In this document: positions 8,293 to 17,221 of the stretch, one piece after another
Layout: each line of letters opens with the position of its first letter
Position numbering within the stretch: position 1 is the first letter of the stretch
Assembly: GCA_033345275.1 (NCBI GenBank)
Contig: JAWPOF010000012.1
Coordinates: 32,443 to 96,442, forward strand
Length of the DNA stretch: 64,000 nt
Direction of reading: 5' to 3'
Source of the DNA: Alphaproteobacteria bacterium
Lineage (GTDB): Bacteria > Pseudomonadota > Alphaproteobacteria > Rs-D84
The notes under the pieces: generated by a model
What the model was told of the DNA's origin: nothing
Databases searched by the model: none
What the model saw: the letters and a program-made list of their open reading frames with translations, nothing else
Program-made: the position numbers and the translations under genes

Positions 8293-9570
8293 TTAGTGTT
8301 TGCCACCAATTTTGGTGCGACCGCCCATTAATGGTTGCAGGCATTTTGGAATGTTGACTGAACCATCTGGGTTTTGGTGGTTTTCAATCACAGGTACAAG
8401 TGCACGTGGCAGGGCGATTCCTGTGTTGTTTAATGTTGCGCAGAATTTTAATGTTCCGTCGGATGCACGGAAACGTGTGTTTGTGCGACGGGCCTGGAAT
8501 TGACCAATCGAAGAACAAGAGCCCAATTCGCGGTATGTATTTTCGCTGGGGAACCAGGCTTCTACGTCGTGCATTTTGACCTTGTTAAAGCCCATGTCGC
8601 CGGTGCAGGCTGCAATAACGCGATATGGTAATTCCAAATCTTCCATAATTTCGCACAGGTTGCTTAATAAATGTTTGTGCATTTCATCAGACTGTTCAGG
8701 GGTGCAATAAATGTATTGTTCGACCTTGTTAAATTGATGTATACGCACGATTCCGCGGGTGTCGCGACCGGCAGCGCCCGCTTCTTTGCGGAAACATGGT
8801 GAATAGCCAGCGTATTTAATTGGCAGATCTGTTTCATTTAATACTTCGTCTGCGTGCAGGGAATTTAATACAATTTCAGCTGTTCCCGCCAGACAACGGT
8901 CGGTGTCGGTTAACATAAATACATCGTTGTTCATGATGGACAAGTCTGAACCCATAAAGTGGCCCGCATTAAATATGGTTTGGGGCTTTGTAATCGATGG
9001 GCAATTTACGAATGTAAATCCCTTGGCGATTAATTTTTGCAGAACGTATGTTTGAATGGCCAGTTCCAGTTCCGCCGCTTCGCCAAACAAGGCATAGGTG
9101 CGACTGCCACAAATGCTGGCGATTTTTTCTGGTTTCCACCAACCATTCATTTCCAATAATTCCCATTGTGGGCGTGGGGTAAAGTCAAATTCGCGTGGTG
9201 TGCCAACCCGTTTGATTTCCACGTTTTCTGTATCGTCGCGACCAATTGGCGCATCGGGTGACGGAATTTGTGGAACGCAGTGTAATAAATCATTTAACTG
9301 GGATTCTTTGTTCGCCAATTCCGCCATGTCGGCCGCGATTTCGTCTGCGATTGCTTTGCTGCGTGCAATTAATGGTGCGCGGTCCGTTGCGGTTGGAATT
9401 TCGCGTGTGATTTTATTTTTTTCGGCGGTTTTTGCCTGGGTTATTGTTTTTAATTCTCGGACGCGCGTGTCCAGTGCCAAAATTTTATCGGTATGGTCGG
9501 GTATCCCCCTGGTCGCGCAGGCGTTTTTTATAATGTCTGGGTTTTCACGAATAAATTTTATATCCAACAT
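8293..9570 (-). CDS. serS: Seryl-tRNA synthetase
   Basis: MLDIKFIREN, GTAE, CFRKEAG..GRDTRG..R.HQFNKVE, TLNNT. Confidence 0.97.
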   Translation of the reverse strand: MLDIKFIRENPDIIKNACATRGIPDHTDKILALDTRVRELKTITQAKTAEKNKITREIPTATDRAPLIARSKAIADEIAADMAELANKESQLNDLLHCVPQIPSPDAPIGRDDTENVEIKRVGTPREFDFTPRPQWELLEMNGWWKPEKIASICGSRTYALFGEAAELELAIQTYVLQKLIAKGFTFVNCPSITKPQTIFNAGHFMGSDLSIMNNDVFMLTDTDRCLAGTAEIVLNSLHADEVLNETDLPIKYAGYSPCFRKEAGAAGRDTRGIVRIHQFNKVEQYIYCTPEQSDEMHKHLLSNLCEIMEDLELPYRVIAACTGDMGFNKVKMHDVEAWFPSENTYRELGSCSSIGQFQARRTNTRFRASDGTLKFCATLNNTGIALPRALVPVIENHQNPDGSVNIPKCLQPLMGGRTKIGGKH

Positions 9571-9630
9571 GTTTTTGTTCCTTAGGTTTTTATTTGGGAT
9601 ATATGTTATTATGGTGCGAAATGTTTCGCA

Positions 9631-9659
9631 ATTATAAAATCAAAAAAGTGTACGATAAA
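9631..9659 (-). promoter_or_regulatory. Second sigma70-like promoter between the leader and serS
   Basis: TTTATC-N17-TATAAT starting right after the leader stop; followed by palindrome TGCGAAA-CA-TTTCGCA. Confidence 0.45.
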
Positions 9660-9713
9660 CTATTCCCCCAACGGGGATGAGATGGATGAGAAAAATACAA
9701 AACCTGTTTTCAT
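9660..9713 (-). CDS. Ser-rich leader peptide MKTGFVFFSSISSPLGE upstream of serS
   Basis: TCA TCC ATC TCA TCC then CCG TTG GGG; 89 nt upstream of the serS ATG. Confidence 0.85.
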   Translation of the reverse strand: MKTGFVFFSSISSPLGE

Positions 9714-9722
9714 ACTGATTTA

Positions 9723-9751
9723 ATTATGAATTTTTTTAAGATGTAATGCAA
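9723..9751 (-). promoter_or_regulatory. Sigma70-like promoter for the serS leader
   Basis: TTGCAT-N17-CATAAT; leader ATG lies 9 nt downstream. Confidence 0.55.
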
Positions 9752-9824
9752 TAAATTTGTTTGCGTTGGGTGCGTTTGTTTTGTATGCTGGGGCACGAAT
9801 AGGGATTAAGGAAGGTAAAATATT

Positions 9825-10724
9825 ATGTATGATGTAATTATATTAGGGTCGGGGCCAGCAGGGTTGACGGCGGCGCTGTACACGGCGCGCGCAAATAAAA
9901 AGACAATTGTTTTGGGTGGTGACAGACTGGGCGGTCAGATGGCGGGTATTGCAACACTGGAAAACTATCCAGGGTGGGCCGGTTCCGGTTTTGAACTGGC
10001 GGAATTTATGAAAAAACAGTGCGAAACATTTGGGGCGGCGGTTGAATTTGTTTCGGCCAAGAATATCACAGGTGATGCGGAATCGGGGTATTGTGTTCTG
10101 TGTGATAATGGTGCAGAATATGTTGGTAAAACTGTTATTATTGCCACGGGGGCCAGCCCGCGTAAATTGGAAATCGAAGGTGCGCGCGAATTTATGGGGC
10201 GTGGCGTGTCCTATTGCGCAACATGTGACGGATTCTTTTATAGTGGAAAAAACGTCGTTGTTATGGGTGGCGGAAACAGTGCGTTGAACGATGCGTTGTA
10301 TTTGGCGGATTTGGCCAAGACAGTTAAGATTGTGTATCGTAAATCTGCATTCACACGGGCCGAGGCGGTTTTGCGTGAACGGGTCAAGGCGCGCGATAAT
10401 ATTGAATGTCTGTTTAATACAGATTTGGCAAAGATTGCGGCAAAACCAGATTCAGATGATGGCGAGTTGATTATTACAACGACCGATGGTGCGGAAATCG
10501 TTGCCGATGGTTTGTTTGTCGCCATAGGGCACGAGGCAAATACAGATTATCTGACCGAGGATGTCAAGCGTGATGCATTGGGGCGTATTGCTCCGGATGC
10601 TTTGCCGGCCGGTATGTATGTCGCAGGTGATGTGCACAGCGAATTAAAGATGCAAATTGCGACGGCTGTGGGGACGGGGTGTAGTGCGGGGATGGACGCC
10701 ATACTGTACCTGAACAAAAATTAA
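9825..10724 (+). CDS. trxB: Thioredoxin reductase
   Basis: GSGPAG, GVSYCATCDG, GGGNSA, AGDV. Confidence 0.95.
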   Translation: MYDVIILGSGPAGLTAALYTARANKKTIVLGGDRLGGQMAGIATLENYPGWAGSGFELAEFMKKQCETFGAAVEFVSAKNITGDAESGYCVLCDNGAEYVGKTVIIATGASPRKLEIEGAREFMGRGVSYCATCDGFFYSGKNVVVMGGGNSALNDALYLADLAKTVKIVYRKSAFTRAEAVLRERVKARDNIECLFNTDLAKIAAKPDSDDGELIITTTDGAEIVADGLFVAIGHEANTDYLTEDVKRDALGRIAPDALPAGMYVAGDVHSELKMQIATAVGTGCSAGMDAILYLNKN

Positions 10725-10822
10725 ATCTAATGGCATATCTAAATCGGGTAGGTAATGGCTTATGTAACTTCTGTACACTACGCCATTTCCAACCCGTTTA
10801 TCTATACCGTTATCTTTAATTT
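10718..10822. repeat. Long imperfect palindromic element, copy 2
   Basis: Near-identical to 223-327; overlaps the trxB stop codon. Confidence 0.85.
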
Positions 10823-10850
10823 ATTTCCCGATGGTCGGGGAATTTGTTTT

Positions 10851-11354
10851 TTATTTAGAGCGTTTGCGCTTAGTGTCGCTTTGGCTTTTTTTGCGATTTG
10901 GTTTTTGTGGTGTTTCATCGTCTGTTGATATTAAGTCAATGTCAATTTCTCCGTTTGCCAGGTTCATGATATTATTTACGTTTTTACGCAGGTTCGGATA
11001 GCGGTTGATGAATTGTTTTATGGTAATTAAAACTGCGATTATGATAATCGTTTCCAGTTCCTTGGATGTCATAGGTCTGGATATGCGACCGCCAGACACA
11101 ATGCGTGCGAATGCGCTTTTTGCACGACGTATGAATTTATGACGACGATGGGCGTGTATTGCTTCGTGTATCCACATGCAAATTATAAAGGCAATTAATG
11201 GAATAACCACGCAGAATAAAAAATAGCGATACCAACTGACGCAGAATTCAGATGAAAATACTGTGTCGCAAAGTTTTTGAAAATGCAAAAATGATACAGC
11301 AAGGATTTCGTATATAACGACTGATGTAAAAAAGATTTTGGATTTTAATAACAT
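10851..11354 (-). CDS. Hypothetical membrane protein
   Basis: SD GGAGG, two N-terminal hydrophobic segments, basic tail. Confidence 0.7.
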   Translation of the reverse strand: MLLKSKIFFTSVVIYEILAVSFLHFQKLCDTVFSSEFCVSWYRYFLFCVVIPLIAFIICMWIHEAIHAHRRHKFIRRAKSAFARIVSGGRISRPMTSKELETIIIIAVLITIKQFINRYPNLRKNVNNIMNLANGEIDIDLISTDDETPQKPNRKKSQSDTKRKRSK

Positions 11355-11452
11355 TTGCGCCTCCTTTGGTTTTTTCTTTTATGATAATGGCAAGGCGTAC
11401 GCTGTGTCAGCAGGTATGAATTCCAAATAAAAACCCGCCGTGGCGGGCAAAA

Positions 11453-11956
11453 TTACTTTTTTCCAAAGTGCTTTTTTAATATTTCATAGGCCGTGGATAT
11501 GCGCGCAAATTCGGTGGCTGCATTTTTCTTGTCGGTTGCGGTGTCAGGGTGGTATTTTTTTGCCAATGTGCGGTATTTTGCGCCGACTTCACGCCATGTC
11601 GCCGATATCCCCAGGTCAAATACGCGCAGGGCGGATACGACATTTGTTGGTAATTTGCTGCGTGCAGGCATTTTATCAAATTTACTGCGACCAGTGATAA
11701 AGTCGTTTATGAATTTTGTATAGTCAGTTGCGTCCGTATGGGCAGTATTTTTGTCTTTGAGTGGCGTGCCAAATGTTTGGCGTTCCCAGTCGGCTTCGAT
11801 TTCGTCTGGGGTCATGTCCGCGTAATAGTTCCAATTTTTGTTGTATTCGGCGGCATGTTCTGTGCAGAAAAACCAATATTCGCGCAGGTCGCGTGATTTT
11901 GGGGCGCGGCATGTGCCGGCTTTGGTGCAACCTGGTTTATCACATTTTTTTATCAT
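11453..11956 (-). CDS. DnaJ domain protein (alphaproteobacterial type with N-terminal Cys cluster)
   Basis: C..PGC...RAPK...WFFC.EH..EYNK.WNY; C-terminal J-domain HPD. Confidence 0.9.
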   Translation of the reverse strand: MIKKCDKPGCTKAGTCRAPKSRDLREYWFFCTEHAAEYNKNWNYYADMTPDEIEADWERQTFGTPLKDKNTAHTDATDYTKFINDFITGRSKFDKMPARSKLPTNVVSALRVFDLGISATWREVGAKYRTLAKKYHPDTATDKKNAATEFARISTAYEILKKHFGKK

Positions 11957-12819
11957 TGTTTTTTCCTTTGTTGTTTTGCCAGAGGGTGATGATTTTCAAC
12001 AGTTTCACACAATTTTTCTGGCATAACATGTGTGTAAATCTGGGTCGTGGAAATATCTTCGTGCCCCAGCATAGTTTGTATCGCGCGCAGGTTCGCGCCA
12101 CCCGCTAACAAGTGCGATGCAAATGAATGACGCAAGACATGCGGACTGACCCGTTCAGGCGCAATACCAGCCAAGACGGCACATTTTTTCAGAATTTTGA
12201 AAAATCCATCGCGCGTGATGTGGCCGGTTTTGCCGTTGGATGGGAAAACGTATTTGGATTCGTTGTCGCCACGTGTATCCAACCATTTATTCAGTGCACA
12301 GATGGCAGCATCGTGCATCGGTACCAGGCGTTCTTTGGCGCCTTTGCCATGAATTAATAATTTGTCGCCCAAAATCCCCGTCATCGGTAATTCGCACAAT
12401 TCTGAAACGCGCAGACCCGATGCGTACAGCAATTCAATCATCGCGCGAAGGCGAATCGATGTCTTGATGTCGCCAGCGCTGGAAATTAATAATTCAATTT
12501 CATCAATAGATAAAAATTTAGGCAGGGTACGGTCGCGTTTGGGCAGTTCTAGATTTGTCGTTGGATTGTGAGAAATAATTTTTTCCAACATTAAAAATTT
12601 ATAAAAACCACGCAGGGCGGACGCCTTGCGCGAGATGGATGATGGTTTGTCGGGCAGGGCGGATAAATATTTTTGTATCGTTTCGCGGTCTGCATTTATC
12701 AGACCGCCGGGTATCGCATCGTTCGCCAGGCGCAGGTCTGATTCATAGCTGCTGAGTGTTTTGATGCTGCGGCCTCGTTCGGCAGACATGGCTTCTAAGA
12801 ATATGTCTATGTAATTCAT
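11953..12819 (-). CDS. xerD: Tyrosine recombinase XerD
   Basis: LYASGLRVSEL, GKGAKER, SPHVLRHSFASHLL, LGHEDISTTQIYTH. Confidence 0.9.
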   Translation of the reverse strand: MNYIDIFLEAMSAERGRSIKTLSSYESDLRLANDAIPGGLINADRETIQKYLSALPDKPSSISRKASALRGFYKFLMLEKIISHNPTTNLELPKRDRTLPKFLSIDEIELLISSAGDIKTSIRLRAMIELLYASGLRVSELCELPMTGILGDKLLIHGKGAKERLVPMHDAAICALNKWLDTRGDNESKYVFPSNGKTGHITRDGFFKILKKCAVLAGIAPERVSPHVLRHSFASHLLAGGANLRAIQTMLGHEDISTTQIYTHVMPEKLCETVENHHPLAKQQRKKQ

Positions 12820-12889
12820 TCTGCCAGCGCCAACAGTACAAAACCCATAATCGGTAATTTATGTAAATATCGTTTCATTTGTGGTTCCT

Positions 12890-13210
12890 TTATCGTGTCT
12901 TATAGTGGTCGCAGTATTTAACAATTTTATGTGTCAGTTCGTCTATCTGTTCCAGCATGCGGTCCTTTTGATGAGGAGTGCAACCATCATAAATTCGGTA
13001 GGCAGCAACAATTTCACCGTCCGGCCCCTTGTACCACGGAATTTCTTGACCGTCTATGGTTGGACAACAATAGCTTGTAAGTCTGTTTCTGCTGAGCTCC
13101 CATCCGGTATACCAACTATGACCAAGTTTGCAACGCTTGTCACAGCCATCGCAAAATTTTACATCTGGCCCAGTATGCAAATTTGTTCCTTTTTTCTGTG
13201 TAAATGACAT
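12890..13210 (-). CDS. Small Cys-motif protein, paralog of 26690-27007
   Basis: MSFTQK, CDGCDKRCKLG, PTIDG, CDHYKTR; SD AAGGG. Confidence 0.75.
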   Translation of the reverse strand: MSFTQKKGTNLHTGPDVKFCDGCDKRCKLGHSWYTGWELSRNRLTSYCCPTIDGQEIPWYKGPDGEIVAAYRIYDGCTPHQKDRMLEQIDELTHKIVKYCDHYKTR

Positions 13211-13395
13211 ATTACTTTCCCTTCTTATCGTGTTATTTATGGGTACACTACAATTTCGGTCATGTGCTGGGTTGGGGCAAATGATATAATCATTAATACA
13301 ATCAAAATGGCAATAAATGTCCACATTAAAATGCGTGGAAATTTGGAACTTTTTTTCTTTTTTAATGGCATGTGTTTTGCCCCCCCGTATGTTGG

Positions 13396-14454
13396 TTAGA
13401 TTGTGTCAAAACTGTTCATGAATATGCCCGCGCCAGCAATTATAATCAGGGGCGGCGCAATGATAGATAGTATAGGTGGCAAAGTGCCCGTCGCCCCCAG
13501 GGCATTAAACATGTTAATTAGAAAATATACCGCAAAGCAGGTGATAATCCCCAGACTGAATTTGATGCCAAAACTGTAATTGCGACGTTGTTTGGTCTGG
13601 GAAAAAGCAACCCCAAGTGTCGCCATCGCAATCATGGTTAATGGTAAAAACAGCAGTGTCCACAGCTGTACACGGTGTCCGCGTACCGGTACACCAATTG
13701 ATTCCATGCGTTTGATAAAGTCTGGTAATTGCCAAAATGAAATCTGGTTGGGCTGCAGGTATCGGTCCAAAACTGTTTGGGGGGTAATTAATGTTTTTTG
13801 TTTCCAATTGGCACGTTTAGTTGTTCCGTCCGCATTCCATATAATTGCATTGTGCGCCGACAGTCCAATGTCAGACAGGGTAATAGTGTCCGCCTGGATT
13901 CGGTTGATTAATTTGAAGCTGGGGGTCTGGGTATATATTGTGGCTTTTTCAAAAATAAGGATGTTGCCTGCCTTGTGCACATCACGCGCGTTCATTGTGA
14001 TAAAGCCGTTATCAGATTCTTCGCGTAACCAGATAGTATCGTCAATTAATTGCAGTTGCTCGGTTGTGATGTTTTGCGCGCTGATGTTGACCGAGTAGGG
14101 ATTTATCACGGTCGTCGCGAAAATACCAATTAAAAACGCGCCAATCAAAAATGGTTTTGTTGACTGATATGGGGACAGGCCCGCACTGGAGATAATAATA
14201 TTCTCGCTGGATTTGGTAAGGCTGTATGATGTTAATAAAGTACCCATAAATACTGCAAGTGGCAAAAACATTGGTACATATTCCAGCAGACGCACCCAGG
14301 ATTCATACAGGGCATCAAATGCCGTTGGGTTCGATGGCAGGCGTTCAACAAATGTTACTGCCAATATAATTCCGCACACAACCAGCATAACAAGACCAAC
14401 GCCAGAAAAAAATCGGCGTAATAGAAAACGGCTTAAGATACTTGTCCTGAACAT
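13396..14454 (-). CDS. lptG: LPS export permease LptG (LptF/G family)
   Basis: 3+3 TM layout, LP..VF.G, SE..IISSAGLS, WLRE periplasmic domain. Confidence 0.85.
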   Translation of the reverse strand: MFRTSILSRFLLRRFFSGVGLVMLVVCGIILAVTFVERLPSNPTAFDALYESWVRLLEYVPMFLPLAVFMGTLLTSYSLTKSSENIIISSAGLSPYQSTKPFLIGAFLIGIFATTVINPYSVNISAQNITTEQLQLIDDTIWLREESDNGFITMNARDVHKAGNILIFEKATIYTQTPSFKLINRIQADTITLSDIGLSAHNAIIWNADGTTKRANWKQKTLITPQTVLDRYLQPNQISFWQLPDFIKRMESIGVPVRGHRVQLWTLLFLPLTMIAMATLGVAFSQTKQRRNYSFGIKFSLGIITCFAVYFLINMFNALGATGTLPPILSIIAPPLIIIAGAGIFMNSFDTI

Positions 14455-14545
14455 GTTATGTATAGTATAACGTTTAATTTCATAATTGCAAAATTAAAAT
14501 GATTGCTTATAATCTGCCAATAGTTATAAAAATAGGAAAGATGTT

Positions 14546-15016
14546 ATGGAAAAAAAGCCGATTTCACGTGCGGGTTTTGATAACCTGTTGAAAGAATTGA
14601 AAGATTTAAGGGAAAATCAGCGGCCTGAAATTTTGAAAACTGTCCAGTGGGCTCGATCGCTGGGGGATTTGTCGGAAAACGCCGATTATAGCGCAGCACG
14701 TGAAAAACAGCGCCAGATTGATGCGCGTATTCGATTTATTGAAAATGTAATTGAAAATGCCATGGTGGTTGATGTGGATTCTTTGTCTGGAAATCGCGTG
14801 GTGTTTGGGGCACGTGTTGTTGCAGAAGATGAAGATGGAAATAAGATGCAGTGTCGAATCTTGTCTGATATTGAATCAGATGGCCGTACGGTGATTTCAT
14901 GTACTTCGCCGGTAGGACGTGCGATGATTGGACGATGCGTCGGGGATACATGTATTGTGAAATTACCTGGTGGTGAAAAGGAATACGAGATTTTATCTGT
15001 TACGTTCAAAGAATAA
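14546..15016 (+). CDS. greA: Transcription elongation factor GreA
   Basis: GDLSENADY, ISCTSPVGRA. Confidence 0.92.
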   Translation: MEKKPISRAGFDNLLKELKDLRENQRPEILKTVQWARSLGDLSENADYSAAREKQRQIDARIRFIENVIENAMVVDVDSLSGNRVVFGARVVAEDEDGNKMQCRILSDIESDGRTVISCTSPVGRAMIGRCVGDTCIVKLPGGEKEYEILSVTFKE

Positions 15017-15029
15017 TTAGGGCTGGGGT

Positions 15030-16760
15030 ATGGTTGTTCGCGTTCTGCCGGATTTTCTGATTAATCAAATCGCCGCTGGTGAAGTGGTAGAGCGGCCCGC
15101 CAGTGTGGTAAAGGAATTGGTAGAAAATGCGTTGGATGCGGGCGCAGACCAGATTTTAATCGATGTTGTCGATGGTGGACGGACTTTGATTAGTATTGTT
15201 GATAATGGGTGTGGTATGGGGCGCGATGACCTGGGGCGTGCAATTACGCGTCATGCGACATCCAAATTGCCAACGGATGATTTGTTGGATATTAATTTTA
15301 TGGGCTTTCGGGGCGAGGCTTTGCCGTCGATTGCGTCTGTGTCTGATATGACAATTGATACGTGTAATGGAATGGACGCAAATGGCTGGCAGATTGATGC
15401 AACCACGCATGAAATTCGACCGTCTGATTGGGAAAGCGGAACACGAATCAGGGTGGCGAATTTGTTCGCCAAGACACCAGCGCGATTAAAGTTCTTGCGT
15501 GGCGACCGGGCCGAAATGATGTCTGTTTTGGAAGTGGTCAAGCGGTTGGCAATGGCGCGATCTGATGTTGGGTTTGTGCTGAATAACAGGTGGCGATTTC
15601 AAAAGAATGAGGATTTGATAACGCGGATTGCAACCGTTATGGGTGAAGATGTTGTTGGGCGGATGTTGGATATAAATGCGGAATCCAAATCTTCTGTTGG
15701 AATGCGATTGACCGGTTTTATTTCTGAGCCAACTTTGCGACGCGCATCAAGTGTTGATCAGTATTTATTTGTAAATGGTCGTCCGGTCAAGGATAAGGTT
15801 TTGGTTGGGGCGTTGCGGGCGGCCTATATGGATGTGATGCATGCACGTGAATTTCCGTTGTGTGCGCTGTATCTGACGTTGCCTGCGGGGGCAGTTGATG
15901 TAAATGTGTCGCCCGCCAAGACCGAAGTGCATTTCTTGGAACCGAATCACGTGCGGTCTTTTATTATTAAAACATTGCGGGATAGATTGGCACAAACATT
16001 AGCAAGACCGATGTTTGTGGAAAGTGCAAAGAGCAATGAGCAAAGAGCAAATGTTGAACCGGTAAAATTTGATTTTGGTATTCGTCGGGAAATATTTCAG
16101 GTAAGGGACGAAATCGCATTTCCGCAGGAAATACAAAGAGCAATGCCCAAAGAGCAAAGAGCAAATGATATAGTAGCTGATAATACAGCTGTTGTTGATT
16201 TGCCGTTGGGGCGCGTTGTGGGACAGGTCGGGAATAAGTATATTATCGCCCAAAAAGGCGACAGTATGGTGATTGTGGACCAGCATGCCGCCCACGAACG
16301 AATAACATATGAAAAATTGCGCACCCATAAAATTAAAAGCCAGCCATTGTTGACACCGATTGTGGTGAATATGCGGGATGTGGATGTGATGGCGGTTTTG
16401 TCGATTGCTGATGAATTAAAGCCCGCTGGATTGGTAATCGGAGAATTTGGTGACGCGACGATTGCGATATTTGAAAAGCCTGCTGATTGGGATTTGAATT
16501 GGGCGGAATTGTTGCGTGCGGTTGCAGACGAGGTGCGTGCCAATGGACATTCGTCACAACTGGATGAAAAATTGCATTTGAAGTTGGCAAACTATGCGTG
16601 CCATCATTCTGTTCGAGCTGGACAAAAGTTGGATATGATTCAGATGGATGCGTTGTTGCGTGATATAGAACGGACAGAACGGGCAGGGCAATGTAATCAC
16701 GGGCGGCCTGTTTATAAATTTATTGCAATGGCTGAAATTGACACTTGGTTCGAGAGATAA
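15030..16760 (+). CDS. mutL: DNA mismatch repair protein MutL
   Basis: NQIAAGEVVERPASVVKELVEN, GFRGEAL, DQHAAHER, ACH, CNHGRP. Confidence 0.97.
   Translation: MVVRVLPDFLINQIAAGEVVERPASVVKELVENALDAGADQILIDVVDGGRTLISIVDNGCGMGRDDLGRAITRHATSKLPTDDLLDINFMGFRGEALPSIASVSDMTIDTCNGMDANGWQIDATTHEIRPSDWESGTRIRVANLFAKTPARLKFLRGDRAEMMSVLEVVKRLAMARSDVGFVLNNRWRFQKNEDLITRIATVMGEDVVGRMLDINAESKSSVGMRLTGFISEPTLRRASSVDQYLFVNGRPVKDKVLVGALRAAYMDVMHAREFPLCALYLTLPAGAVDVNVSPAKTEVHFLEPNHVRSFIIKTLRDRLAQTLARPMFVESAKSNEQRANVEPVKFDFGIRREIFQVRDEIAFPQEIQRAMPKEQRANDIVADNTAVVDLPLGRVVGQVGNKYIIAQKGDSMVIVDQHAAHERITYEKLRTHKIKSQPLLTPIVVNMRDVDVMAVLSIADELKPAGLVIGEFGDATIAIFEKPADWDLNWAELLRAVADEVRANGHSSQLDEKLHLKLANYACHHSVRAGQKLDMIQMDALLRDIERTERAGQCNHGRPVYKFIAMAEIDTWFER
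16021..16165 (+). repeat. Two heptamer (CAAAGAG-type) tracts in the mutL linker
   Basis: 16021-16051 and 16134-16165 are degenerate 7-nt tandem repeats. Confidence 0.75.
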
Positions 16761-16894
16761 CAATCCTGCTGTTCGCCAGATTGTTATTGATAAGTAAAGT
16801 GCAAAGTACAAAGAATAACCAGAATGTTATAAATTTCTTTACTTTGTTGGGTTTATTTATTATTGTCTGGGTATTAAAGACAAGGAGAAAGCAT

Positions 16895-17206
16895 ATGGAA
16901 CAAACAGTCGAAGTTGTTGATACGGCGGCGCAGACCGCACAAGTTGCCCCACAAAACGGTTTTTGGGGAATGGTTTTGTATTGCGTTGTGGTGTTTGGGA
17001 TTATTTATCTGTTTATGGTGCGTCCTAACAAAAAACGTATGGCCGAATATCAGAAAATGCTGGATTCATTGCAGGTTGGCAATCGTGTAATGGCGGCGGG
17101 TATTTATGGAACTATTAAAAAAATTAACGAAAAAACAATAGAAGTAGAAGTTGCCAAGGGTGTTGTTATCGAAGTGGCCAAGAACGCCGTTGCATCTGTG
17201 GAATAG
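16895..17206 (+). CDS. yajC: Preprotein translocase subunit YajC
   Basis: TM then RP.KK, L.VG.RV...GIYG; SD AAGGAG; upstream of secD. Confidence 0.92.
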   Translation: MEQTVEVVDTAAQTAQVAPQNGFWGMVLYCVVVFGIIYLFMVRPNKKRMAEYQKMLDSLQVGNRVMAAGIYGTIKKINEKTIEVEVAKGVVIEVAKNAVASVE

Positions 17207-17221
17207 TTAAAGGGTTGTGTT

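Noticed and set aside
220-10822. Hairpin elements as dif sites or integron attC sites served by the nearby tyrosine recombinase
   Set aside because: TTATGTAACTT resembles a XerD arm but no XerC arm sits at 6-bp spacing; there are no RYYYAAC/GTTRRRY boxes; the recombinase looks like ordinary XerD without the IntI insertion.
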